Counted from the stretch's first letter, positions 51,043 to 63,480 are shown. The stretch is DNA of 64,000 nt from Eledone cirrhosa (GCA_964016885.1 OZ024750.1:18290001-18354000), one strand, 5' to 3'. Translations and numbers: made by a program. The notes: generated by a model not told the origin, from the letters alone.

Positions 51043-53319
51043 CCAAAACACACAAGCAACTAAACATCACCACATTTCTAGACATTCACAACTGAAAACA
51101 TACACACAACACAAGCAAACACACAAAATTAAACACCACCACATTGTTTCAACACAAGACACTCACATACACAAAATACATATATACATTTACTCAGATA
51201 AATACACACATGCATGTGAGCACCACACACAAATACACACATACAAAATTAGCCGTCACATTACCACTAAAACAAACACACACATAAATACACATGCACA
51301 CACACACACACAAAATTAGCCATCACCACGAGCACCACCACTGAAGACAGATGTACTCACACACACAATTAGCCATCATATCTTTGCACCTCAAGACATG
51401 TACATACACACACATCCTCATACACAAACACACACACCTTTCTCTCTCTCTCTCTCTCACACACACATACACACATAAAATTAGCCATCACCACACCCTA
51501 ACAACTCAAGACATATACACACATACACATAAATCTAAGCACACACATACACATATACACAGAGACAGAAGAGGATTTATTGATTTGTTACAAACAATCA
51601 ATAATTAAAAATAAGTCACATGTGTAAACTGTTTTTGGTTGAGAAAGAAATGAAGATATTTTGTTGAAGTAGATGAAGACAGAGAAGCAATGGCTGGTTG
51701 GCATATTCTTACTCCCTTTCTAAAGAATATGACAGCACTATATCATGTATTGTAACTACAAGCTAAACACACCACTCTTATTTCTAAAGAATTTTCCTAT
51801 CTCTTTTTCTCTTATCATTTACCCTTTTTTTGTGGTGATGGTGGTGGGTGGTGCGGGGTGACATTGCCTTTTCTATAAATGGGGGAAATTGTATTACAGT
51901 TTTGAGGGGGGTCTAACGTTGCTATGTATTGCTGTCTCTACACTGGAAGAGACTATACTACAAAGTTGAAGGTTATATCAAACTTAGCATCAATATATAT
52001 TGCCTATCTTCAAAGAATTACATATTTAGTGATTCACTGGGTATAAAGAAAATGTGCAACAAACAATTCTTTATAACGAGATCAACCAAAACATATTGAG
52101 CATGTGACCAGGGATTGAAAAAAATTCCTTATACTGAAAAATTCGTTATAATGGAATTTAACCTGTATAAGATTAATGTAATGTGCATTTAAACATATAA
52201 AATAGGGGAAACAGTTTTAACTCTTCAGATATCAAACATCCCCTGGTTCCACAATACTAAGTTATCTTCCAACGTAACTTTCTGTAGTGGAGGCACATGA
52301 CCTAGTGGGAAGGGTGTTGGACATACGATCATGTCGGGGGTTTGATTCCTGGACTGGGTTGTGTGTAGTATTCTTAAACAAAACATTTCATTTCATGTTC
52401 CTCCAATATACTCTGCTGAAAATAAGTACTAGCAATAGCTGGAGGTTTAACTCTGTGATGGACTGGCATCCTGTCCAAGGAGAGTCTTGTACTCTCAGTT
52501 GAGGAAAATCTGGAGATGACGTAGCCTCAGCACATGTCTGCGCATAACCACCAACTTAATAATGAGAAGATTTGCTATATTACTAAATCCCTCCAAATTC
52601 TTGAGATTATTTCCAAAATTATTTGAAAATGATAGGCAGTGTGTTTCATTAGGAATATGGCAATGGAAGGGTTAAGAGAACCATCTTAAGTAATGATCAA
52701 ATTAACAAAAGATAATTCTCTGTTATTAAAAAATAATAAGAAAATGGAAATAGAATTTCATTTCAGAAAAGTATTTTTTTTAGATTAAAAACCCCCAAAT
52801 TAAAACATCTGAAAAATTAACTCGAAAAAAAGAATTTAGAATTTAGTTTGTATTATGACTTTTCTGAAATTAAATTTTAATTTTTTGTTAAGCTTCAAAA
52901 TAATTTTACACATCTCTCTCTCATAGAAACAGATTGGTGATGATGATGATGTTGATGGTGATGATGTTAATAGTGATGGTGGCAGTGATGGTAATGATGA
53001 TGTTAATAGTGATGATGGTGGCAGTTATGGTGATGCAGATGTTGATACAAATAATAACAACAACAACAACAACAAACTAAGAATGTAAATGAAAAAATAA
53101 ATTGGTTTTCTTTTTCTTTTCTCAACTCAGATATTTTCAATAAGGTGATCAATGTAAATATTAACTCTTACTCCTCTACTGTAACATCCAATATTATTGA
53201 TCATTTTATTTGCAGTGAAATCATTTGAAAACAGAGTTTCGTTCAAGTATCTTACAGTGGGCCTACATCACATCATATGTGGGCAATAGGTTTCCAAACC
53301 CCACAATTATTGTCATCAT

Positions 53320-54259
53320 TTAACCCTTTAGCATTTAAACCAGCCGTATCCAGCCAGAATTCTCTCACCTCTTTCTGTTCAAACCGGTTGTAACCGGCCA
53401 CTCATACTTATGTTAAGGTATTGTTCTCAAAATAAATAACATCAAAATCTCGTAGCTTCGAGACAATTTTGTGAAAATACAGTAAATATCGAGCAATGTA
53501 AAATAATCATCATCATAATCACCACCACAATAATCATCATTTAAACCAGCCATATCCAGCCAGAACTCTCACCTCTTTCTGTTCAAACCAGTATTAACCA
53601 GCAACTCATACTGATGTTAAGGTATTATTCTCAAAATAAATAATATCAAAATTTCATAGAATCGTTATCATGTGAGATAATTATGAGAAGTAAAGCCTTT
53701 ACCATGAAAATATAGTATATATAGAGTAATGTAAATGTTATGTGAAGTAAAGCCTTTACCATGAAAATATAGTATATATAGAGTAATGTAAATGTTATGT
53801 GAAGTAAAGCCTTTACCATGAAAATATAGATATAGAGTAATGTAAATGTTATGTGAAGTAAAGCCTTTACCATGAAAATATAGTATATATAGAGTAATGT
53901 AAATGTTATGTGAAGTAAAGCCTTTACCATGAAAATATAGTATATATAGAGTAATGTAAATGTTATGTGAAGTAAAGCCTTTACCATGAAAATATAGTAT
54001 ATATAGAGTAATGTAAATGTTATGTGAAGTAAAGCCTTTACCATGAAAATATAGAATATATAGAGTAATGTAAATGCTATGTGAAGTAAAGCCTTTACCA
54101 TGAAAATATAGTATATATAGAGTAATGTAAATGTTATGTGAAGTAAAGCCTTTACCATGAAAATATAGTATATATAGAGTAATGTAAATGTTATGTGAAG
54201 TAAAGCCTTTACCATGAAAATATAGTATATATAGAGTAATGTAAATGATAAAGGGTTAA
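53320..54259 (+). mobile_element. Rearranged MITE family A with a 57-bp internal tandem array (about 10 copies, 53690-54245)
   Basis: The unit tgaagtaaagcctttaccatgaaaatatagtatatatagagtaatgtaaatgttatg equals the MITE subterminal region. The element ends in aaagggttaa. Confidence 0.85.
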
Positions 54260-54566
54260 AGCTTGCTTTTCTATGTTAGCGTAGTTGGTCAGGTCACCAC
54301 AGAAACAAAATCAGTCGGAGCCACTGTCCAAGGGGTCCGCATCTCACATATACATTCCTACAGTTTACAGAGTGTACTGGGTGTATTTTATTGTGGCACT
54401 GGCACTAGGGAAGTTATGCCCTTGACAGAAAATAAATAATCCTCCCAGCCTGACGTTCGACATGGTTTCTACAGCTGGATGCCTTTCCTAACAGCAACCA
54501 ATTTATAGAGTGTACTACATAATACACAAACCACACATATTCAAGACTCATATATAAAAGTACCTA

Positions 54567-54904
54567 TCATTTCATTTCATTTTTACGTCTGTTTTTCCCT
54601 GCTTGCAAGGGTGGGACGGGAACTTATTCTGGCTTGATTTCTACAGCTGGATGCCCTTCCTAACACCAACCTCATTTACAATGAGTACTGGGTGCTTTTT
54701 TGCCGTGGCACCTCCTCAACCACTTTGCAGTGGAATGATAAGGACCCCAGTCCCTATCATCTCATTTCTACAGCTGAGTAAACTGGAGCAATGTGAAATA
54801 AAGTGCCTTGCTCAAGGAAACAACACATCACCCGGTCTGAGAATTGAACTCACAACCTTTCGATTGCAAAGCCAATGCTCTAACCACTAAGCCATGTGCC
54901 TCCA
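54567..54904 (-). mobile_element. SINE family B
   Basis: Near-identical to 7932-8263. Confidence 0.85.
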
Positions 54905-55403
54905 TGTATATCGATATTTAGGAAACGTAACATCAGGTTCTCAGGAGGATGCGAGAAAAGTATAACTTAGAGTTTTCACCTTACTTTAGGTGATGCAATT
55001 TCATGTGGAACAGGGCATTAAGAGTTTTACAGCTTTCTGAACATGTTATATATAAAATTATATATAAAAGAAATTACTCTTTTAGTTATAGTCAGGTACA
55101 CTACCAACTTTTTGGCACTTTTTGCATAGCTAAAGAGTCCTCTCTAGTACTGATGTCAGGATAAAATGCACCCTGTACACTCTGTAAAAAATTGATGATC
55201 AAATAAAGACAACATAGGGTGGTGGTGGTGGTGGTGGTGTTTCACTTATTACTGTCTAAGATATTATGTTGGCCTTCAATTATCCCTAATTACTTTTTGT
55301 TAATTAATATCACAAATTCATGAAGCAGAATAGGGTCTAATTATAGTACACAAGTGTTGGTGGTGGTGGTAGTAGTGTTGGTGGTGGTGGTAGTGTAGCA
55401 GCA

Positions 55404-55733
55404 GCTGGTGTTTGGAACATATCAAAAATTCTTACATAAAACTGGGATGGAAACGTTTTTTTTTTTATATGAACACTTTAACCCTTTAGCATTTAAACCA
55501 GCCATATACAGCCAGAATTCTCTCACCAGCTGTAACTGGCTGCTTATACTGATGTTAAGGTATTGTTCTCAAAATAATATCAAAATCTCATAGATTCGAT
55601 ATTATGTGAGGTAAAGCCTTTATCATGAAAATATAATAGTAAATATAGAGTAATGTAAATGCTAAAGGGTTAAAACAGTTTTGTATCATAGAACCAGGGG
55701 CAGTTTACAGTAGTTTTGTATCAAAAGGGTTAA
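55404..55733. mobile_element. MITE family A (55478-55673, +) nested in MITE family B (-)
   Basis: The family B end gtatcaaaagggttaa is at 55733; the family A copy is bounded by TTAA. Confidence 0.8.
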
Positions 55734-56106
55734 CCAAACACACTAGTGACTGCCAATTCACTACCAACAACCCCTCACCTACACCAAATCTCATTCTTAC
55801 TGCCATATTCCTTTCTTATCTCCCTCTCTTCCTCATTCCAAGCCAATTGAACAAGAAAAAAATATGGCAACTTAGATCTTCCATACCTATCCCAAACATC
55901 AAAGACATTTTCAGTGATGACAATGATGTAGCCATGGTGCTACCAAAACTGCCAGACAATGTTTTACATTTAAGATAAACTGATTCCATCAATGCCATCG
56001 CTGTTATTGTCATTATCACCATCATAATCATCACTTGCCTCTCTCTCTACATATATATATATATATATATAAATATATATATATAAATATATATATAAAT
56101 ATATAA

Positions 56107-56449
56107 ATCATCATCATTTCATCATTTCATTTTACGTCCACTTTTCCCTGCTTGCAAGGGTGGGACGGGAACTGATGCTGGCTTGATTTCTACAGCTGGA
56201 TGCCCTTCCTAACACCAACCTCATTTACAGTGAGTGCTGGGTGCTTTTTTACCATGGCACCTCCACGTCCACTTTGCAGTGGAATGATAAGGACCCCAGT
56301 CCCTATCTCATTTCTACAGCTGAGTAAACTGGAGCAATGTGAAATAAAGTGTCTTGCTCAAGGAAACAACACATCGCCTGGTCTGAGAATTGAACTCACA
56401 ACCTTTCGATTGCAAGGCCAATGCTCTAACCACTAAGCCATGTGCCTCC
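56107..56449 (-). mobile_element. SINE family B, flanked by AT microsatellite
   Basis: Near-identical to 7932-8263. Confidence 0.85.
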
Positions 56450-56519
56450 ATAAATATAAATATATATATATATATATAAATATATATATATAAATATATA
56501 TATAAATATATATATATAA

Positions 56520-56608
<89 letters not shown>

Positions 56609-57260
56609 AATATATCATTGTATAATACATAATTGTCAATTAAATCAAATACATATATCTTCACATCTCTCTCTTTGACTGTGTGTGAGTATACATATAT
56701 ATATACATATATATATTTACCAACTGCCACCACCACCACCATGCTGTCTTTTTTGATAATATCTTCATCCCTATATGTATAACTATATATCATCATCCTC
56801 ATCTCCATTTAACATCTATTTTTCCACGCTTGCATGGGTTAGCTGGGTCGTCCACGTTATATGACAAGTCTGGCCAGGTGGCCGAGCCATGACTTGCTCA
56901 AACGGAGCTGTATTTTTGGCTGTTTATTTTTTTACAGCTGGATGCCCTTTCATAATACCAACTGCGTTTACAGCGTGGAGCTGTGTGGTCCCATTTATGA
57001 AGCAAGTCTGACCAGTTAGCCACTCTGTACCTTGCTCATAACCTCACTGCGTTTTGGATGGGTTTTTATGGCTGCTGGAAACCCTAACATCAACCAAGTT
57101 TATCGTGTGGAACTGGGTGGTACCATTGTGGGATAGGTCTAACCAATTTGCCATGTCATACCTTGTACATAGCAGAACTCTGCTTTGGGTGGGTTTTTAT
57201 GATTGCTGGATGCCCTTCCTAGACCTCAGCCACGTTTGCACCAATATATATATATATGTG

Positions 57261-57291
<31 letters not shown>

Positions 57292-57549
57292 CAAAATTAG
57301 AGAAATTCAACCAAATTTCATGAAGATGTGTTTATTAGTTTACAATTGTTTCAAAGGAAGAGGTCAAAAATCAATCAATAGACATACATACTATCAATAT
57401 TTCAATTAATAGATGCATGTGGTATTAACTGCTAGTACGACCACATTGCCCTCCTTGATACTGGTATCTAATATTCACAAACTAATCTTTACACACTCCT
57501 TTTGTATTGGATTGGATTCTTACCTATGACATTATATATATATATATAT

Positions 57550-57724
57550 GAATTTGATACATAAATGGCTTCTACAGGACTAGAACTGTTTCATTTAAAG
57601 TAAGTCATCAGGATGAAACAGTTCTAATCCTGTAGAAGACATTTCTGTATTAAATTTGTTGTATACACTCTACTAAAGTATTGAGTACCTTACTTACTGT
57701 GGTTACCCGCAATTGAACCCACGA

Positions 57725-57726
<2 letters not shown>
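57550..57726. mobile_element. Fold-back element in (TA)n, same family as 46400-46815
   Basis: Arms cttctacaggactagaactgtttcat / atgaaacagttctaatcctgtagaag. The minus-strand loop reads CTGATGA cttactttaaat GAAAC. Confidence 0.7.
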
Positions 57727-57760
<34 letters not shown>

Positions 57761-57835
57761 CATGAAACTATATATATTACTCTTTTACCTGTTCCAGCCA
57801 TGCGCCCGAGGCCATGCTGGGGCACTGCCCTTGTG

Positions 57836-57880
<45 letters not shown>

Positions 57881-58346
57881 CCCAACTACCAGCACCATCA
57901 TGTCTTTATTTGTTATAACCTTCTATAATATTATACTAAAAAAAAACATACACACAAAAAAAAGAAAAAGATTTTTTTAAATTTATATATATATATTTTT
58001 TTAATGAAATCAAAATTCAAACTCATATCATAATTAACTTTTTTTTTAAGTAAAATTAATGTACAAAATGATTTTTTAGAACATTTTTTTTTTATTTTTC
58101 AATTTTTCCTAATTAGCCCTTCATTTCATTTCATGAAAAAACACCTCAGTTTTTAACATTTTCGATTCATAAACTGATTCATAAAATGCTGAAGTAAAAT
58201 ATATTGGACTGCCATTCCCTATGTATAATATTTGTTTATATATATATCGAGGAAGTGTAACGTGGACTTACTCTAGCTTCACCTGGGTGAGCACTCCATC
58301 TTTAGGTTCACTTCTGTGTCGAGGTGTAGAGCTAGACAGAGTGTAT

Positions 58347-58522
58347 TATAATAAAATAAAACAAGGACGAGTGGTTACTCCATTACGTTTATTGGTTGGT
58401 GACGTGCGTTTCGCCACTGATCAGCTCAAGGTTCGATCTGTATCGATCTAGCCCGACTCTGTAATCTGTGGCTCGTCAGACCCTTTGTAATGAAGGAGTA
58501 ACCGCTCGTCCTTGTTTTATTT

Positions 58523-58529
<7 letters not shown>
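58347..58529 (-). mobile_element. Non-autonomous hairpin element carrying the hammerhead, with 35-bp inverted termini, next to (TA)n
   Basis: tataataaaataaaacaaggacgagtggttactcc (58347-58381) is the reverse complement of 58495-58529 with one mismatch. A (TA)n tract follows. Confidence 0.75.
58381..58492 (-). ncRNA. Type I hammerhead ribozyme with minimal stem III and extended stem II
   Basis: Minus strand: cattac-aaag-GGT CTGACGA gccac(agatta)...(tgatca)gtggc GAAAC gcac GTC ACC...gtaatg. All core nucleotides are present (CUGANGA at 58479-58473; GAAA and GUC within 58412-58401), and the G10.1-C11.1 pair and stems I and II can form. Confidence 0.8.
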
Positions 58530-58563
<34 letters not shown>

Positions 58564-58685
58564 CATATGTATATATGCATAATATACATATAAATATATA
58601 CATATATATATATATATATATATTCGCTTTAACAGTGGATACGTAAATGCATTCATGAGTTTAATATCGAATGATGATAATATAA

Positions 58686-59096
58686 CAATGGTTTCTTATA
58701 TAGGCACAAGGCCAGCAATTACCCAGTACATTACTGGTACTTCATTTTATTGACCCCCGTAAGGATGGAAGGCGGCACAGTTAACCTCGGCAGAATTTGA
58801 ACTCAGAATGGCAAGGGCCGTAACTATGCATCGAAGCATGGCGTCCGACCCTCTACCGATACTGCCAAATGATAATGGTTTCTTATATAGGAACAAGGCC
58901 AGCAATTTTGGGGGCGGGGAAAGTTGATTAAATCGACCCCAGTGCGTGACTGATACTTTATTTTATTTATCGACCCCGTAAGGATGAAAGGCAAAGTTAA
59001 CCTCGGCGGCATCTAAACTCAGATCATAAAGGGTCGTAACTCTATGCTGCAAAGCATGGCGTCCGACCCTCTACCAATTCTGCCAATCCACTGCCA
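58686..59096 (-). mobile_element. Two tandem SINE family A copies
   Basis: Two consecutive consensus matches (about 58686-58868 and 58875-59096). Confidence 0.8.
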
Positions 59097-59309
59097 ATAT
59101 TATTAAATTTGATTCATTTGCAAGCAAACAGTCTCATAACACCATATGTTGTAGATGCCTAGCATCATCTTTTTGTTCTAGCGATAGCATAGGAAAACTA
59201 ACAATTGTTTCAGGGTTACTGCCCCTTGTCAAGATTGTGTAAATTCCTCTCTTGATTGATTCACGTCTCCCATATCTTTACCAAAAATATATATACATAT
59301 TTATATATA

Positions 59310-59344
<35 letters not shown>

Positions 59345-59349
<5 letters not shown>

Positions 59350-59529
59350 AAAGGACGAAGTGTTAGGTCTTCATTACGTTTATTGAGGTGGGACGCGTGT
59401 TTCACGATTGATCGGCTCAAGGTTTGATCTTTATCAATCTGGTCCGAATCTGGAATCAAAAGCTTGTTGGACTTCTATTATGGTAATGACAGAATGCACC
59501 TTTTAGGGCTTTGAAAGTTACAATCCCTA

Positions 59530-59532
<3 letters not shown>
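59345..59532 (-). mobile_element. Diverged relative of the hammerhead element, core decayed
   Basis: Shares aaggacga...cattacgtttattg...gatcggctcaagg. The minus strand has GAAACacgcGTC (59403-59392), but CUGANGA is replaced by CCAACAA (59470-59464). Flanked by (TA)n and (TAA)n. Confidence 0.7.
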
Positions 59533-59564
<32 letters not shown>

Positions 59565-59568
<4 letters not shown>

Positions 59569-59758
59569 ATAACGAGGAATCAGTGATGCATCAAAACCCA
59601 ATTTATTAAAATATTACATATGTTTCTCTGACGATCAGCTCAAGGCAGGATCTATTATAGATCGAACCAGACTCTGCATTCGCAAGGTCCTCAGGTATGT
59701 TTATCGTTTTCAAGGCATTTCTTCCAACGGACACATTTATTGCAACCTCACAACAACT
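59565..59758 (-). mobile_element. Third, more divergent hammerhead-bearing element
   Basis: Minus strand: CTGAGGA (59694-59688), then the related insert (gagtctggttcgatcta-taa-tagatc...ccttgagctgatc), then GAAACatatGTA (59626-59615). (TA)n on both sides; stems imperfect. Confidence 0.65.
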
Positions 59759-59777
59759 ATATATATATATATATATC

Positions 59778-60348
59778 TTTACCCTTTCTAGCAGTCTCTC
59801 TCTCTGTTAGCCTCCTCCTCAACTTTCACTCACTCATTCTGTCACTACCTCTCCTCCTCCTCTTTCTTCCCGTTTGACCTGTGTGTAATTCTTTTCTCGC
59901 GCGTTCTTGGTCAAGCCGGTATGAAATTTTTTTTCTCTCTCTCTCTATCGTCTGCGACTTCACAAAACTTATGTTTACCGAATTCGTAGACCAGACTCCT
60001 TCTTCTTCTTCCCCCCGTTAGACCTGTGCGAAATTCCTTCCTTGCTCACATTTCAACCAGGTTTGATGGTCTTTTGTCTCTTGTTCACGATTTCACCGAG
60101 TTTATATTCATAGAAATCTGGGACTTGTCTCTTTCTTCTCACTTTCCGTTGCTTAAACCATTTTGTTTGTTACCCTAACGTCCCCTTTATTTACGTGTCC
60201 CAACGACTTTTTTTAGCCGTTGTTCGCACCAACCTGAGGTATATGGCCCTTAAAGCGATGAAATGCCTGGGACAGTTGGAGGGTCACTGATGAAGGACTT
60301 ACTTTTTCATATGCACCCCATTTGCAACGCGCAGCTCATTATTATCAT
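59778..60348 (+). mobile_element. Pyrimidine-rich, CpG-retaining insert in (TA)n, possibly a Penelope-like terminal repeat
   Basis: Bounded by (TA)n. Internal duplication (ttcttcccgtttgacctgtg / ttccccccgttagacctgtg). GAAA...CTGATGAAGG near 60260-60297. Confidence 0.4.
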
Positions 60349-60369
60349 ATATATATATATATATATGAC

Positions 60370-60525
60370 AGCTGCATGAAGAAAAGTAGAGCGTTATAAG
60401 TCTATGCAACCTATGGAAGGGGAAGACCTAGGAACACTTGGGGTGGTATAGTAACAGCTGACCCCCATGCAAGTGAACCTCTCAAAGGAAATGACCCAGG
60501 ATCAAGTTGATTGATGACATACCAT
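60370..60525 (+). mobile_element. Old RTE LINE 3' remnant
   Basis: ggaaggggaagacctaggaacacttgg encodes GRGRPRNTW; otherwise degraded. Confidence 0.45.
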
Positions 60526-61139
60526 ACTACAGAAGACTCACCTTTTAAGGCAAGTAAGATGAAATGAAAAGGGAGAAGATAGCCCCTGCTTTCCAGAATG
60601 CTCCTGACACCCATTTGCTGTCCACCTTCCCTCACATCAATCCCAAAGAAGCAGAGGGAGAACAATATTTAGGTCCCAGCCTGCTAATAAACTCCTAATT
60701 TCCTTGCCCAGATCACCAGACACTAAGTTCTAACCTTAGTCGTCCCTTTACTCACACTTCTTCCCCTCCTTTCCTTGTCCAACCCATGCCAGCAAGGAAA
60801 GTCAAGACAAACCTACTTCCCCACCACCTTTCTCTTCTGATTCACCTTCCCCACTCAACTCATGCCCTCTCCTCCTTATACTCACATCATCAACTCTCCT
60901 ACCCGACCAACCCATACCCTCCCATGGAATGTCAAGTACATCCCAAAATATAATGCTAGACACCACTCACTTCAAGGCTTCCTCCTTGACTCAATGCTTC
61001 CTCTCCCATGGTGGGATGACTTTCCCCTCCCCCAATTAACAGCTTACAGCTTTCCTCATTTTACACCCCCGTCCATATCATTGCCTCCCCAGCCTAGCTA
61101 AGAACAATCATCTGAAAGTTGTAATGAGTTAGTACTGAT

Positions 61140-61420
61140 TCCATAACAAAAAGCACTGTGTACCTTGTATAGTGGTAGTGTTGGTGCCACAACAAAAAAT
61201 GCACCCAGTCTTCCTTGTAAGGTGGTAGTGCTGGTGCCACCATAAAAAAGCACTCAGTGTACCTTGTAAAACGGTAGTGCTGGTGCCGTGACAAAAAATG
61301 CACCCAGTCTTCCTTGTAAGGTGGTAGTGCTGGTGCCACCATAAAAAAGCACTCAGTCTACCTTGTAAAGCGGTAGTGTTGGTGCCACGACAAAAAATGC
61401 ATCCAGTCTACCTTGTAAGA
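61140..61420. repeat. Tandem repeat of about 47-48 bp with alternating variants, derived from a SINE B internal segment
   Basis: aaaaagcacycagt.t.ccttgtaaggtggtagtgctggtgccac repeated about 6 times. Confidence 0.8.
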
Positions 61421-62479
61421 CCTTTTTTTTTTAATAAATATAAACACGTTAAATCAAAGTTTGTATCATAGAACCAGGGGTGGTAACAACACTGATTCTA
61501 ATTCCACACTGATGCCAAAATTCCATCTGTTTGGCAGTTTGTTAATTGCATAATTAAACATTACCTGTCAGAATCTCAATGAACAACACACCTTAACTCC
61601 CTAAATATAATTGGGTATTTTGTCATTCTTTCTCTCTCTCTCTCTCTACCCATCATCTTCCTCCTCTCTATATATATGAGATTGAAATCATAATGGTATC
61701 TTATCTGTCTCTTCATTATATAGACATGTATGTATATGTATGTATGTGTATATAACAGTATATTTCTGTATGAAGGCCCGTAGCTTAATGATTAAAGTGT
61801 TTGACTCACAGTTGTAAGGTCAATAAATCAATTTCCAGCAGTACATTGTGTCCTTGAGCAAGACACTATATTTCACATTGCTCCAGTCCACTCAGATGGA
61901 AAAAATGAGTTGTTGTACCTGCAATTGAAAGCTCCAGACTTGTCATACACTGTATGATGCTGAATCTCCCTGAGAACTATGTTAAGTGTACACATGTCAG
62001 GTAAGTTGCCTCTTCTAGGTAACTTTAATGCATGTGTGAGCAGGAATTCAGTCGTCTGGGACCGTGTAATTAGGAAACACAGAGTAGGCAACCTGAATTT
62101 AAATGGGCTTTGACTTCTTTTGTGCAGAACATTAATTCTGTATTACCAACTTGATGTTCCAACTCCTAACCAAGCAGAAAACCACTTGGAAGTACCCACT
62201 GTCAGGATATTGGCATCTCATGGATTATGTTATTGTCCATCTTTGTAATATTTGCAATGTCTCTCTCACCAAAGCTATGAGAGGTGAAGAGTGTTGGACA
62301 GATCACTCCCTTATATGCTCTACCTTCTAAGTTGTACCTCATGTACCTGCAAGAAAGCAAGCATCCAAACCTCATTTTAATGTAGTGTCTCTGGGATCTA
62401 CCAAAGTCAGGCTCGTATTCCGGAAAAAACTTCAGTCTCGGCATAATAGTGTTCATATTCCCTCCTCGGATGGCGACCA

Positions 62480-62945
62480 CAATCAGGAAGCTGAAATTGA
62501 AGATATTTGGAGCTGACTGCTTGAAACCCTGTAATCGATATTGAAAGAAGTTCTAGTTCTCGGTATCTCTAAAAGAAAGAATCCTGACTGGTTTGACAAG
62601 TCTACTGATGAGATATTGCATCTGTTGGAAAAAGAAGTCCATGGCCTCCAAGGTTCGCCTTGCAAACCCAAGTTCACTCTCCTATTTAGAGGCCTGAAAA
62701 AAGATTTGGAGCAAAACACAACATAGATGAAGAAAAATCAAAAACTCCCAGAGGAATGCAAAATTACATAAAAATCCAATACTTTGCTGATAGAAGCAAA
62801 ATAGGTTTGGCCCTGCCAGAAGAACTGTTGCTCACTTATGTATAGATGATGGAAGTCAACTTCTCAAGGACAAAACACAAGTACTAGATTGATGGGCAGG
62901 AGATTTTCAGGACCTTCAGAACCAGATCCATTGACACTTGACGAG
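62480..62945 (+). mobile_element. Degraded RTE/BovB-like LINE fragment (endonuclease-RT linker)
   Basis: KRKNPDWFDKSTDEILHLLEKE and DDGSQLLKDKTQVLD*WAGDF resemble BovB-type linker motifs; interrupted by stops and frameshifts. Confidence 0.55.
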
Positions 62946-63480
62946 TTCCTAATTTTTTTCTCTGATATGTGTAAGGCAGTATGTTTATGTGAGTGTATAT
63001 GTAAGTCACTATGTCTGTGTGATTATCCATGTAAGATAGTATATGTCTATATGAGTTTGTATAAGACAGTATGCCTGTGTGAGACAATATGTATGTGTAA
63101 GACACGGCGTGTCTGTGTGAATGTATGTGTTAGACACTGCGTGTGTGTGAATGTGTGTGTAAGACACTGCATGTCCTTAACACTATAACTAAATAAATAA
63201 ATAAATAAATAAATAATTACAGTACTCCCTCCCTCCTAAATCTCTCAATTTGTATGATGAATTATTATTATTCATCTGTTGCCTCAGCTGCCTCTCATTT
63301 TTCACCTCCTCACTATTTCTCTCTCCCATATCTCTCTCTATCTCTCTCTGTTTTTCTTTACATACATTTCTTCCTTTTCTCCGTCTTTCTTTCTAACTGT
63401 GCTTAACACTAAATATTTATAAACACTTCACTACCAAACCAACTTCTTAAATGGAAGTTGATCAATATTTATGGTACGTC

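Noticed and set aside
53646-54215. 189-aa hydrophobic repeat ORF
   Set aside because: Translation of the 57-bp MITE-derived tandem array.
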